A stretch of DNA of 64,000 nt from an uncultured Bacillales bacterium. Lineage in GTDB: Bacteria > Bacillota_I > Bacilli_A > RFN20 > CAG-826. Location of the stretch: NCBI GenBank assembly GCA_902464635.1, contig CABQKC010000009.1, positions 4,224 to 68,223 on the forward strand, given 5' to 3'. How positions within the stretch are numbered: the first letter of the stretch is position 1; each line of letters starts with the position of its first letter. The position numbers and the translations under genes are program-made. Shown here in pieces: positions 37,581 through 47,850 of this stretch. The notes under the pieces are model-generated. The model did not search any database and was not told the origin of the DNA. It saw only the letters and a program-made list of their open reading frames with translations.

Positions 37581-39988
37581 TTACTTAATTTCTCCAAATG
37601 CCAGATATCCTTGTTGTATTCTTCAATCGTCCTATCGGAAGTGAAGTAGCCACTTGAAGCAATATTTAGAATAGCGCTTCTAGCCCAATTAGATTCATCT
37701 TGATATCTTTGGTCAGCTTCTTGACAAGCCTTGTTATAGGCATTGAAGTCAGCCAAGACGAAGAATTGGTCATTCCTGGCCATTATTTCATCAAATATCA
37801 TCCTGAATTTGTTGTTATCACCTTTGCACCATGGACCAGTGAACAATGAATCCATGATATTTTTGACCCTAATATCGGAATTATATATATCCCAAGGATT
37901 ATAGCTTCCTTCATCTACCATCTTTTGGATTTCATTTTCCTTTAGGCCAAAAATGATTTCGTTTTCATTTCCGGCAAAATCGGCAATTTCGATATTTGCT
38001 CCATCTAATGTCCCTAAAGTAAGAGCGCCATTCATCATTAACTTCATGTTAGAAGTACCAGAAGCTTCTTTGCCAGCAGTAGAGATTTGTTCGGAAATAT
38101 CAGCGGCTGGGATAATCTTTTCAGCTAGGGATACTCCATAATTCTCGACAAAGACAATCTTGATAAATTTAGAAACCCTAGGATCTTCATCCACTACCTT
38201 GGCTACTGCTAGGATAAGCTCAATAATCTTCTTCGCATAGACATAGCTTGGAGCTGCTTTCGCACCGAATATATATGTATGTGGAGTGATACTAAATGTT
38301 GGATCTTCCTTAAGTTTCTGATATAGATACATTATATGGAAAAGGTTAAGGAGTTGTCTCTTGTAGGCATGTAATCTTTTGATTTGGACATCGAATATGG
38401 AATTTGGATCGACTTCGATTCCATAAGTCTTCTTGCAGAAAGAGGCGAAATCAACTTTGTTTTGATGCTTGATATCCATTATTTCCTTTTGGAAATCTTT
38501 GTCATCTGCAAATTTCTTCAACTTGCAAATTTCATGTTCAAAGTCTTTTCTCCAATTAGTCCCAATCTTTCTATCAATAGCAACAGCTAATCTTGGGTTA
38601 GCATACATTAGCCACCTTCTATGGGTGACACCGTTTGTCTTGTTATTGAATTTATTTGGGAATAATTCATAGAAATCCTTGAATGTATATTCTTCAAGAA
38701 TCTTTGTATGGATTTTAGCAACCCCATTAACAGAGAAACCAGTATAGATAGCCATATTCGTCATATGGATTTGGCCATCCTTGATTATCTGCATCTGGTA
38801 TCTAGCCGAATCAGAAACATTCTTTTCGGATAGCAATATATTGAACCTACGATTAATTTCCTCGATTATCATATAAACCCTAGGAACAAGGTGTTGTACA
38901 TATTGTACTGGCCATTTTTCAAGTGCTTCAGGCATGACTGTATGGTTAGTATAGGCAAACATCTTGGTAACAATATTCCAGGCTTCATCCCAACCATATC
39001 CATATTCATCAAGTAAAAGCCTCATGGCTTCAGGAATAGCTAATATTGGGTGAGTATCGTTAAGTTGGAAGACATAGCTAGAAGCAAAATCATCTAGAGA
39101 TCCATATCTTTGCTTATATGAACGCATGGCGCTTTGAAGTCCGGCGGATACTAAGAAATATTGTTGTCTTAACCTAAGCATTCTGCCGTGCTCAGTTGAA
39201 TCATCTGGATAAAGACCATGGCAAAGTTCTTTTAAGGTATTTAGATAATCTTCGAAAGATTGATCAGTCGGAAGGTTATTCTCGCTAGGTTCAGCTGACC
39301 ATAGCCTTAATGTATTAGCAACTCCATTCCTATATCCAGGGATAGATACATCATATGGAACGGCCCTGACGTGAGTTGCATTTACTGTCCTAAGTCCATA
39401 TCCGCCGTCTGGCTTTAGATATGTCTCGGCGTTGCCATAGAAACTAACTTCTACTGCATGCTTTGGCTTTCTTACTTCAAAGACAAAACCATTTGAAAGC
39501 CATTGGTCAGGAAGTTCTACTTGCTGGCCATTAACGAATTTTTGCCTAAAGAAACCATATTCATATCTAATGGTATTCCCGTGTCCTGGATATCCTAAAG
39601 AGGCGATAGAATCAAGGAAACAAGCTGCTAATCTACCTAAGCCTCCATTGCCTAACCCGGCATCTGCTTCGATATCTTCAAGCTCTCCTATATCGATTCC
39701 AAGCTCTTCTAAGCCATCCCTAGCGACATCATAGATGCCAAGGTTTTGCATATTGGAAGTCATAAGTCTTCCCATAAGGAATTCCATGGAGAAATAGATT
39801 AATTGCTTTTTATTATCCCTAAGTATTGATTCCCTAGATTCTCTCCATTCATGACCGGCATAATCCCTAATCATCTCACCGAGAATATCATATCTTTCGG
39901 TAATATGGCTATCATCGACGGCACGTCCATATTTTTCTTCTAGGCGCCTAGAAAACGTCGCCTTAAAATCTTCTTTATTATTGAACAT
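37577..39988 (-). CDS. glgP: Glycogen/maltodextrin phosphorylase
   Basis: 803 aa with the EASGTSNMKLMMNGALTLGTLDGANIE pyridoxal-phosphate site. Confidence 0.95.
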   Translation of the reverse strand: MFNNKEDFKATFSRRLEEKYGRAVDDSHITERYDILGEMIRDYAGHEWRESRESILRDNKKQLIYFSMEFLMGRLMTSNMQNLGIYDVARDGLEELGIDIGELEDIEADAGLGNGGLGRLAACFLDSIASLGYPGHGNTIRYEYGFFRQKFVNGQQVELPDQWLSNGFVFEVRKPKHAVEVSFYGNAETYLKPDGGYGLRTVNATHVRAVPYDVSIPGYRNGVANTLRLWSAEPSENNLPTDQSFEDYLNTLKELCHGLYPDDSTEHGRMLRLRQQYFLVSAGLQSAMRSYKQRYGSLDDFASSYVFQLNDTHPILAIPEAMRLLLDEYGYGWDEAWNIVTKMFAYTNHTVMPEALEKWPVQYVQHLVPRVYMIIEEINRRFNILLSEKNVSDSARYQMQIIKDGQIHMTNMAIYTGFSVNGVAKIHTKILEEYTFKDFYELFPNKFNNKTNGVTHRRWLMYANPRLAVAIDRKIGTNWRKDFEHEICKLKKFADDKDFQKEIMDIKHQNKVDFASFCKKTYGIEVDPNSIFDVQIKRLHAYKRQLLNLFHIMYLYQKLKEDPTFSITPHTYIFGAKAAPSYVYAKKIIELILAVAKVVDEDPRVSKFIKIVFVENYGVSLAEKIIPAADISEQISTAGKEASGTSNMKLMMNGALTLGTLDGANIEIADFAGNENEIIFGLKENEIQKMVDEGSYNPWDIYNSDIRVKNIMDSLFTGPWCKGDNNKFRMIFDEIMARNDQFFVLADFNAYNKACQEADQRYQDESNWARSAILNIASSGYFTSDRTIEEYNKDIWHLEKLSK

Positions 39989-39993
39989 ATTAT

Positions 39994-41952
39994 TTATTTG
40001 CTCCTTTTTGTAGAGGTTTTCTTAGTTTTCTTAATTGTTTTAGTCTTTTTTGATGTCGATTTTGCTTTTTTTGCAACTTTCAACTTACTGATAATAGGGG
40101 AATTATCCTTTTTTGACAACAAAAAGAAGCAAGCCCCGAAAGATGCTAGTTTGATATTTATGTGATAAGGCCTATCTTCTGGACCACCAGGATAGGTATG
40201 TTTTTTATCCCCATTATAGTTATTATATCCACCATATACATCCTTATCGGAATTGAAAATTTCCTCAAATTCACCTTCTTGATAAGTACCTACATCATAA
40301 GAATCATAGTAATTTGGGGTCATATTGAAGACAAATAGCATCACTTCGTCCCCAAAATCACGTTCAAAGGCATAGACACTTTGGGAAGAGTTATCGACCA
40401 TTGTCCATCTAAAATGGGCAGGATTATATTCTTCCTTATGCATCGCGATATGATATTTATATATAAGGTTAAGGTCTCTGCATAATCTTTTGATGGAATC
40501 GTGTTTTGGGAAGGATAAAAGATTCCACGGCAACGATTTATTCTCGTTCCATTCATCAAAAGAAGCGAGTTCGTTGCCCATGAAATTGAGTTTCTTGCCT
40601 GGATGGGCAAATTGATAGGCGTAAAGATTACGTAACAAGGCGAATTTTGTTTCGTAATCACCCCACATCTTGTTAATTATTGTCCCTTTGCCATGGACTA
40701 CTTCATCATGAGACAAAGGAAGCAAGAAATTCTCCGAGAAAAAATATGCCATCGAGAAATTAAGATCATTATGGTGATATTTCTTATATATTGGGTCTAA
40801 TCCATAATATTTAAGGGTGTCATTCATCCAGCCTAGATCCCATTTATAATCAAATCCAAGTCCCCCATATTCGATTGGATGGGTAACTTTGGTAAAGTCG
40901 GTTGAATCTTCTGCGATTGTCATTATTGAATGATGGGCATAATGGAGTTTGCCATTAAGTCTTCTAATGAATTCGGTTGCGCCGGTATTTTCTCCCTTAG
41001 ATTTATCGCCATCCCAATAAACGATATTAGAAACCGCATCGATACGGAGCCCATCGAAATGGAAATATTCTAGGAAATAATTCATCGCAGACATCAAGAA
41101 TGAACGTACCGGATCTTTCCCTAAATCGAATTGGGCACTTCCCCAAGGCGAGATTGTGTGGTTAGGATCGCTATATTCATATAAACAAGTCCCATCAAAT
41201 TCACGCAAAGCATAAGAATCAGTCGCGAAATGAACTGGGGCAAAATCTAGTATTACCCCAAATCCAGCCTTATGGAGTCTATTGACAAATGACATCAATT
41301 GCTTTGGGTTTCCATATCTAGAATCTACTGAATAGAATCCAGTCGCCTGATATCCCCAGGAGCCATCGAATGGATATTGGGTAATAGGCATGATTTCGAC
41401 ATGGGTATAGCCATTTTCTTGCAAATATGGGATTAGATAATCCGCAACTTCTTCATAAGATGGGTAACGTCCATCTATCTTTCCCTTCCAGGAACCTAGA
41501 TGAATTTCATATATCGACATCGCTTCATCAAAATTCCTGTTTCTTTTGGACATGTATTCATTATCATCCCAAGGGAATCCTTCTATTCCATATAATCTAG
41601 AACATGTCTGAGGACGGAACTCGCTATAGAAAGCAAAAGGATCGGCCTTATCTACATATACTCCTTTAGCGTTCTTGAAATGGTATTTATAAGATTGGTA
41701 TTCCCTTAAATCAGGGATAAAAGTCTCGAATACCCCGCAAGGATCAACCTTATCCATCTTGTTGACTCTGACATCCCATCCATTCCATTCTCCAATGACG
41801 GAAACATCCTCTGCCATCGGGGCATATAGACGGAACATAACCCCATTAACTTTCTTTCTTTTTATAGTTTTTGTAACAAAATGGGCACCAAAATATTCAT
41901 AAGCATTAATACATTGGCCCATCAAATAGTCATAAAGCAAACCGTATGCCAT
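39994..41952 (-). CDS. glgB: 1,4-alpha-glucan branching enzyme
   Basis: GH13 blocks (DGLRIDAV, AEDST, LSHDEVVHGK), plus a Lys/Thr-rich C-terminal tail. Confidence 0.95.
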   Translation of the reverse strand: MAYGLLYDYLMGQCINAYEYFGAHFVTKTIKRKKVNGVMFRLYAPMAEDVSVIGEWNGWDVRVNKMDKVDPCGVFETFIPDLREYQSYKYHFKNAKGVYVDKADPFAFYSEFRPQTCSRLYGIEGFPWDDNEYMSKRNRNFDEAMSIYEIHLGSWKGKIDGRYPSYEEVADYLIPYLQENGYTHVEIMPITQYPFDGSWGYQATGFYSVDSRYGNPKQLMSFVNRLHKAGFGVILDFAPVHFATDSYALREFDGTCLYEYSDPNHTISPWGSAQFDLGKDPVRSFLMSAMNYFLEYFHFDGLRIDAVSNIVYWDGDKSKGENTGATEFIRRLNGKLHYAHHSIMTIAEDSTDFTKVTHPIEYGGLGFDYKWDLGWMNDTLKYYGLDPIYKKYHHNDLNFSMAYFFSENFLLPLSHDEVVHGKGTIINKMWGDYETKFALLRNLYAYQFAHPGKKLNFMGNELASFDEWNENKSLPWNLLSFPKHDSIKRLCRDLNLIYKYHIAMHKEEYNPAHFRWTMVDNSSQSVYAFERDFGDEVMLFVFNMTPNYYDSYDVGTYQEGEFEEIFNSDKDVYGGYNNYNGDKKHTYPGGPEDRPYHINIKLASFGACFFLLSKKDNSPIISKLKVAKKAKSTSKKTKTIKKTKKTSTKRSK

Positions 41953-42100
41953 AATTTTCTCCTATGCGGTGATTATAAACCATTGTTTATCAATATTTAA
42001 CGTTACTTTTTTAATTTTGGTCAAAATATGGGTTTTTAGAGTTAAATAAACGAGAAGAAAATGTTATAGTAAGTCGCATTAAAAAAGAGGTTTAGAAACA

Positions 42101-43282
42101 ATGTTTAAAGTTATTTCGGTCAACGCCGGTTCAAGTTCGCTTAAATACAAGCTATTCGAGATGCCAGAAGAAAAAGTACTTTGTTCAGGAATTGCCGATA
42201 GAATTGGCCATGAAGATGGTATTTTTAAGATTAAGTTCAATGGGGAAGAACATAAAGATGTCTTACCTATAATGGACCATGCTAGAGGGGTTGAATTATT
42301 ACTTGAAGCCCTAACTAAGTACAACATCATCTCAAACTTAGATGAGATTAAATGCGTCGGACATAGAGTTGTCCAAGGAGGGAAATATTTCTCCCATTCA
42401 GTCGATTTCGATGATGATTCAGAAGCAAAGATTACCAAGTTAATTCCACTTGACCCACTTCATGCTCCAGCCCACTTAGTCGGCTACCATGCTTTTAAGA
42501 AAGCCTTGCCAAATGTCCCTGAAATCGCAGTATTTGATACAGCCTTCCACCAAACCATGGAAGCAGAGGACTATACATATCCAATTCCATATGAACTAGC
42601 AGAGAAATATGATTGCAGAAGATATGGTGCTCACGGTACTAGCCATGCTTATCTAGCTAGAAAAGGAAAAGAAGACTTTGGTGCAGATAGAATCATCTCT
42701 TGCCATATTGGATCAGGCGCTTCTTTATGCGCTATTAAAGATGGCAAATGCATCGCTACTTCTATGGGATTAACTCCATTAGGTGGAGTAATGATGGGCA
42801 CTAGGACTGGTGATTTAGATCCTTCTGTAATGGATTATCTATGCACCTGCACCGGCAAAAATGTCGATGAAATGTATGATATCTTCAATAAGAAGAGCGG
42901 CTTCCTTGGTATGACTGGTATATCTAATGATACTAGAGATATCGAAGAAGCAATCGAACAAGGTAATCCTAGAGCCAAATTAGCAGGAGATGTCTTCTCT
43001 AGGACTGTTGCTAATTTCATTGGTTCATATTTTGTTAGGTTAGGTGGAGCCGATTTAATAATATTCTCTGCCGGAATTGGCGAGAATGCCCCTTATTTCC
43101 GCAAAGAGATACTACAAAGAGTCGAAGAAGCACTTGGGCTTGATATCGATTATGAACTAAACGAAAAAGTTAGAGGCAAGGAAGTATTGATTTCTAAGCC
43201 TGACTCCAAAATTAAAGTTGCAATCATCCCAACCGATGAAGAAGTCATGATTGCAAGGGACTGCTACGAAAGGATTAAGTAA
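42101..43282 (+). CDS. ackA: Acetate kinase
   Basis: VISVNAGSSSLKYKLF N-terminus, GHRVVQGG and TSMGLTPLGGVMMGTRTGDLDP. Confidence 0.97.
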   Translation: MFKVISVNAGSSSLKYKLFEMPEEKVLCSGIADRIGHEDGIFKIKFNGEEHKDVLPIMDHARGVELLLEALTKYNIISNLDEIKCVGHRVVQGGKYFSHSVDFDDDSEAKITKLIPLDPLHAPAHLVGYHAFKKALPNVPEIAVFDTAFHQTMEAEDYTYPIPYELAEKYDCRRYGAHGTSHAYLARKGKEDFGADRIISCHIGSGASLCAIKDGKCIATSMGLTPLGGVMMGTRTGDLDPSVMDYLCTCTGKNVDEMYDIFNKKSGFLGMTGISNDTRDIEEAIEQGNPRAKLAGDVFSRTVANFIGSYFVRLGGADLIIFSAGIGENAPYFRKEILQRVEEALGLDIDYELNEKVRGKEVLISKPDSKIKVAIIPTDEEVMIARDCYERIK

Positions 43283-44289
43283 TGAAGAATACCCTTAACC
43301 CCGAAATAAAAGAATATTACAAAGCACATAAAAAAATATATAACTCAATATATAGGGCGATAGAAAGATACGATAGAATCGTCATTTTCCGTCATATAAA
43401 ACCTGATTTTGATGCAATGGGAACCCAAATGGGGCTATATACATTCATCAAAGATAATTTCCCAAGCAAGGAAATCCATTTTGTTGGGGATAACCACGTA
43501 ACTTTTACACCAAGATTATTCCCTGAAACCGAAACATTGAATAATGAATGGTTCAAGGGAGGCAATTTCTTAGCCATCATTTGCGATGTCGGCGATCACG
43601 AGCGTATTGCTGACCCTAGATATAAAAGTGCGAAATACAAAATCAAGATTGACCACCACCCATGCAAGAAAGAAATTGCTAGGGCATCTTTATTAGATAC
43701 TAGCTCTGCTAGTGCTTCTGAACTTGCTGCCGATATTTGCCTTAACTGGAAAAACAAAGTAATGAGTAAAGAAGCTGCCAGGTATTTCTATATCGGCATA
43801 GTTGGTGATTCAGGAAGATTTATGTATTCTTCCACTTCTACCCATACTTTTGCAGTCGCAGAAGAACTTATCAAGAAGGGAATTGATATACATTCGATAT
43901 ATCTAGAGATGTATGAAAAGAATATAGATTCGCTTAGATCGCAGGCCTATGTTCTTTCCAATTTCAAAGTCTCCCCTCATGGAGTTGCCTATTATTTGCT
44001 TCCATGCGATGTCCAAAACGACCTCAAGATTACCCCTGAGCAAGGAAAAGAAAACGTCAACATGTTCTCAAATATTGCAGGCATCAATGCCTGGTGTTCA
44101 ATCACTGAAGACCCAAATCCAAAAGATTATTGCTGGAGGATATCGATTAGGTCAAAAGAAAAGGATATTTCTGGACTTGCCAATAAATATGAAGGTGGCG
44201 GACATGCCCAAGCTAGCGGGGCCAAAATAAAAGATCTTACCAAGCTAGATGAATTCATCGCTGATCTAGACGCTTTATTCATTGAATAA
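43282..44289 (+). CDS. nrnA: DHH/DHHA1 phosphoesterase (NrnA-like oligoribonuclease / pAp phosphatase)
   Basis: HIKPDFDAMGT, IDHHP and GGGHAQASGA motifs. Confidence 0.85.
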   Translation: MKNTLNPEIKEYYKAHKKIYNSIYRAIERYDRIVIFRHIKPDFDAMGTQMGLYTFIKDNFPSKEIHFVGDNHVTFTPRLFPETETLNNEWFKGGNFLAIICDVGDHERIADPRYKSAKYKIKIDHHPCKKEIARASLLDTSSASASELAADICLNWKNKVMSKEAARYFYIGIVGDSGRFMYSSTSTHTFAVAEELIKKGIDIHSIYLEMYEKNIDSLRSQAYVLSNFKVSPHGVAYYLLPCDVQNDLKITPEQGKENVNMFSNIAGINAWCSITEDPNPKDYCWRISIRSKEKDISGLANKYEGGGHAQASGAKIKDLTKLDEFIADLDALFIE

Positions 44290-44297
44290 GATAAATT

Positions 44298-44326
44298 ACG
44301 GTTTAGATAATCCTAAGTCGTTTTTT
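44298..44326 (+). terminator. Terminator after nrnA
   Basis: 9-bp stem ACGGTTTAG/CTAAGTCGT (two G-U pairs) followed by TTTTT. Confidence 0.6.
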
Positions 44327-44462
44327 ATTTAGGTTTTGGTTGTAAAATGTAAAAAATTGAAAGTTCCACGCATTACATATTGTGTAAAAAAAAGATTGTG
44401 CTAGCATGTTTTTAGTTAGATTTAAGCCGATATTCTATATTGACATTTAGAAAGGACAATCT

Positions 44463-44639
44463 ATGAAAAAAATTCACCTATTCTTCGTCTCATTAGTAGC
44501 AATTGCCTGCTTTTTGATTTTAAGCGGCGCTATCGTACTTGCCAATGATGCAATGTCAACATCTATTGCATTCTTTGTTTCTGGTGGGGTTGCTGGTTTA
44601 GCAGGATTAATCGGATTACTAGTCAGTCCAAAAGAATAA
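44463..44639 (+). CDS. Small two-TM hydrophobic protein, 58 aa (paralog of 10088..10273; absent from the ORF track)
   Basis: My own translation is MKKIHLFFVSLVAIACFLILSGAIVLANDAMSTSIAFFVSGGVAGLAGLIGLLVSPKE. SD GAAAGGA upstream, terminator downstream, and about 55% identity to the 61-aa ORF at 10088. Confidence 0.65.
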   Translation: MKKIHLFFVSLVAIACFLILSGAIVLANDAMSTSIAFFVSGGVAGLAGLIGLLVSPKE

Positions 44640-44658
44640 ATACAGCATTTAAACAAAG

Positions 44659-44687
44659 ATGGGTATTTGAAAGAGTGCCCATTTTTA
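44659..44687 (+). terminator. Terminator after the 58-aa gene
   Basis: ATGGGT/GCCCAT stem (44659-44664 / 44677-44682) followed by TTTTT. Confidence 0.6.
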
Positions 44688-44821
44688 ATTATTTCCAAAG
44701 GTTTTTACGGCTTTTAATAATTTGCATTCGCAACATCATTCTTTGATAGATTTTTATTTAGGGCTTTATTAGCAAAGTGAGATTTTAATGCACTTAAATT
44801 AAGTCTATAATTTAAGAGGAC

Positions 44822-47800
44822 ATGAATTACTTACCTTTGCATATATATTCAGGATATTCCTATCTAAAAAGTGCTCTTTCGATGGAGAAGCTTTTTGGTA
44901 TGTATATAAAGAAGGGATATAGATATGCTCCAATATGTGATTTTAATTCCATCAGCGGTTTCCCTGAATTAACTAATTATGCAAAGCAATATAACTTAAT
45001 CCCAATATATGGGATGGAAAGTGTCATTTCTTCTTATCACGTCTGCTTTTTTATTAAAAACGAAGTTGGATATAAGAACTTGCTTAGGATTATTTATTTA
45101 TCATCCAAGCAATCTTTAACCGGATTAGATATATCTTCATTAAGTGAAGGCTTAATCCTAGTTATCGATGGATATAAAGGGAAATTAAAAGAAAGCATAT
45201 TAAATAAAGATAGGAATCTATCTATTGATTTAGTTACTAACTTCTCTTCTTTTAAGGAAACTTATATAGGTATTCCTTATTTAAAAGATAATCCTAGTTA
45301 CATCACTTCTTTAAGGGAATTTGCCTCTAAATACACTTATCTAAGCGTGGCTTTCCCTTTTGTTGTATATCAAAAAAGTAACGATGCGATTTCCTTAGAG
45401 ATACTTTCTTCAATCGAAAAGGGAAATAAATTAAAAGATAAAGAACTTCAAGGGGACCTTTACTTCCTAGAAGATGAAATTTTATCGAGTTATTTTAATG
45501 AAGATGAACTATTTAGCTGCAAGAAAATAGCCGAATCCACTTCTTTTTCTTTCTATCAAAAGCGTGGCAAACTTCCTCATTTTGAAAATGACTTGAATCT
45601 AACTTCTAGTGAATACCTAGCTAAATTAGCATATGAAGGCTTATCTTCTAGAATTGGAAATATCTCCGAGCAATATAAATCTAGGCTTGATTATGAATTA
45701 AAAACAATTGATGAGATGGGATATTCTGATTATTTCCTTATCGTTAATGATTATTGCAAGAAGGCTAAAGAAAAAGGAATCCTAGTTGGTCCAGGAAGAG
45801 GATCTAGTGCAGGTTCTTTGGTATCTTTCTCTTTAGGGATAGTAAAAGCCGATCCAATTAAATATGGGTTATTATTCGAAAGATTTTTAAATCCTAGCAG
45901 GGCTAGCATGCCTGATATTGATATGGACTTCGAAGATATTAGAAGGGAAGAAGTAATTTCCTATCTAAAAGAGAAATATGGAAATGATAAAGTTGCCCAT
46001 ATCCAAGTCATACAGACTCTAGGTCCAAAAGCAAGTTTGCATGACATTGGAAGGGTATATGATTTTGAACCTAGGGAAATAGATTTAATCGCAAAGACTA
46101 TCAATAATTCAAAATGGTCATTAAGAGAGAATTATAAAAAGAATAACCAATTTAGGAATCTAGTTGATTCGGATAATTATTACCTATCCATCGTCTCTTT
46201 AGCATCCAAAATCGAAGGTCTTCCCCGTCAAGAAGGAATCCACCCTTCTGGAGTTATCTTAAATGGGGAGCCTTTATATAATGATGTACCTATTAAAGAT
46301 AATGACGGGGATGAACTTATTACTTTTGAAGGAAGCCCATTAGAAAAGCAAGGCTTCCTTAAGATGGATCTATTAGGCATTAGATATTTGACTACAATCC
46401 ATAATTGCCTTGATTTAATCAAGTCTAGAAGAGGGATTTCTATTAATTATGAAGATATCCCTTACGAAGATCCAAACGCGATTAAATTAGTTAGGGAAAA
46501 TAAGACTGTTGGGATATTCCAGCTTGAAGGAAAGGGCATGAATAATGCAATTTCCATATTAGAGCCCACTTCTTTTGATGATATAGTTGCTCTTATCGCC
46601 TTATATAGGCCTGGTCCAATGGGATTTATCTCTACCTATGCAAAAAGAAAGAAAGGGATAGAGAGAACCTATTATATTAATAAGGAAGTAGAAGAGATAT
46701 TATCCCCTACATATGGAATTATTGTCTATCAAGAGCAAATTATGCTTCTTGCGATGAAGATGGCTTCTTTTAGCCTTGGAGAAGCCGATTTGTTTAGGCG
46801 TGCCATCTCCAAAAAAGACCAATTGCAGCTTAAATCACTGCAAGACAAGTTCGTTAACGGGTGCCTAAATTCAGGTTATAGTAAGGAAGTTGCTTTAAAA
46901 ACATTCGAGCAAATATATAAATTCGCTTCCTATGGATTTAATAAATCCCACTCCGTATCCTATGCCATACTTCTACTCCAGATGGCTTATCTAAAATATT
47001 ATTACAAGGAAGAATTCTATAGCGCTTATCTTTCTACTCTTGCATTTAGTGATCCTAAATTCAAATCCGCCTATCTAGAGGCCAAAAGAATGGGGATTAG
47101 TTTCCTTTCTCCAGATATAAACAAGGCGACTAATTATTTCTTACCTCTAGAAGATAATAAGATAATGTTCCCTTTATCTAACCTAGGATTAGTAAGTTCT
47201 ACTTCTTTATCTAGATTAGTAGTAATCGAAAGGGAGCAAAATGGGCCTTATAAGAATCTATTTGATTTCGCCTGCAGGAATAAAGGGCATGGGTTGAAAC
47301 TAGATTCATTCCTAAAATACATCGATGCAGGGTGTTTCGATTCCTTCCCTTTAAATAGGCCTAGCAAGAGGCTAAATGCTCCAAATATCATTAATTATGC
47401 CGATATGATGGTTGCTGAAGATGGAACTAGTTTGCTAGATTTAGATTTCCCTTATCCTGAATTAAAATCAATTAGGGATGACAAAGTAAATGACCTTCTA
47501 TACGAAAAAGAGGCTCTAGGAGTAATTTTATCTTCTTCATTGCTAGAAAATAAAAAAGAGATAATCGAAAAGGAAAAGGCGATTAATCTAGATGATATAG
47601 ATAATAAAAAAGAATTTGTTACAGTCGGGATAGTTTCCTTAGTTAAGGCAATCGTAACTAAAAAAGGTAGCAGGATGGCTTTCTTAAGTGTCTATAACGA
47701 CACGACTTCAGTTGAATTCACCCTTTTCCCAAATGTCTATGATGTTGCTTATCCTATATTAAAAGAAGGCAACACCATATTACTAAAAGGTCATAAAGAT

Positions 47801-47848
47801 ACATATAAAAGGAATAATTTCATCGCGGATGAGATAAGGAAGATATAA
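44822..47848 (+). CDS. dnaE: DNA polymerase III alpha subunit (DnaE-type)
   Basis: 1008 aa with an N-terminal PHP domain, GPGRGSSAGSLV, PDIDMDF and a C-terminal OB fold. Confidence 0.95.
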   Translation: MNYLPLHIYSGYSYLKSALSMEKLFGMYIKKGYRYAPICDFNSISGFPELTNYAKQYNLIPIYGMESVISSYHVCFFIKNEVGYKNLLRIIYLSSKQSLTGLDISSLSEGLILVIDGYKGKLKESILNKDRNLSIDLVTNFSSFKETYIGIPYLKDNPSYITSLREFASKYTYLSVAFPFVVYQKSNDAISLEILSSIEKGNKLKDKELQGDLYFLEDEILSSYFNEDELFSCKKIAESTSFSFYQKRGKLPHFENDLNLTSSEYLAKLAYEGLSSRIGNISEQYKSRLDYELKTIDEMGYSDYFLIVNDYCKKAKEKGILVGPGRGSSAGSLVSFSLGIVKADPIKYGLLFERFLNPSRASMPDIDMDFEDIRREEVISYLKEKYGNDKVAHIQVIQTLGPKASLHDIGRVYDFEPREIDLIAKTINNSKWSLRENYKKNNQFRNLVDSDNYYLSIVSLASKIEGLPRQEGIHPSGVILNGEPLYNDVPIKDNDGDELITFEGSPLEKQGFLKMDLLGIRYLTTIHNCLDLIKSRRGISINYEDIPYEDPNAIKLVRENKTVGIFQLEGKGMNNAISILEPTSFDDIVALIALYRPGPMGFISTYAKRKKGIERTYYINKEVEEILSPTYGIIVYQEQIMLLAMKMASFSLGEADLFRRAISKKDQLQLKSLQDKFVNGCLNSGYSKEVALKTFEQIYKFASYGFNKSHSVSYAILLLQMAYLKYYYKEEFYSAYLSTLAFSDPKFKSAYLEAKRMGISFLSPDINKATNYFLPLEDNKIMFPLSNLGLVSSTSLSRLVVIEREQNGPYKNLFDFACRNKGHGLKLDSFLKYIDAGCFDSFPLNRPSKRLNAPNIINYADMMVAEDGTSLLDLDFPYPELKSIRDDKVNDLLYEKEALGVILSSSLLENKKEIIEKEKAINLDDIDNKKEFVTVGIVSLVKAIVTKKGSRMAFLSVYNDTTSVEFTLFPNVYDVAYPILKEGNTILLKGHKDTYKRNNFIADEIRKI

Positions 47849-47850
47849 AA

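Noticed and set aside
41996-42007. cre-like TTTAACGTTACT between glgB and ackA
   Set aside because: It is two mismatches from the TGTAACGTTACA-type core, including the key TG. The region is AT-rich and there is no evidence for CcpA in this window, so the site is too weak to call.
44474-44698. 74-aa minus-strand ORF from the track
   Set aside because: It is antisense to the 58-aa two-TM gene. That gene has an SD, flanking terminators and a paralog at 10088; the minus-strand ORF has none of these.
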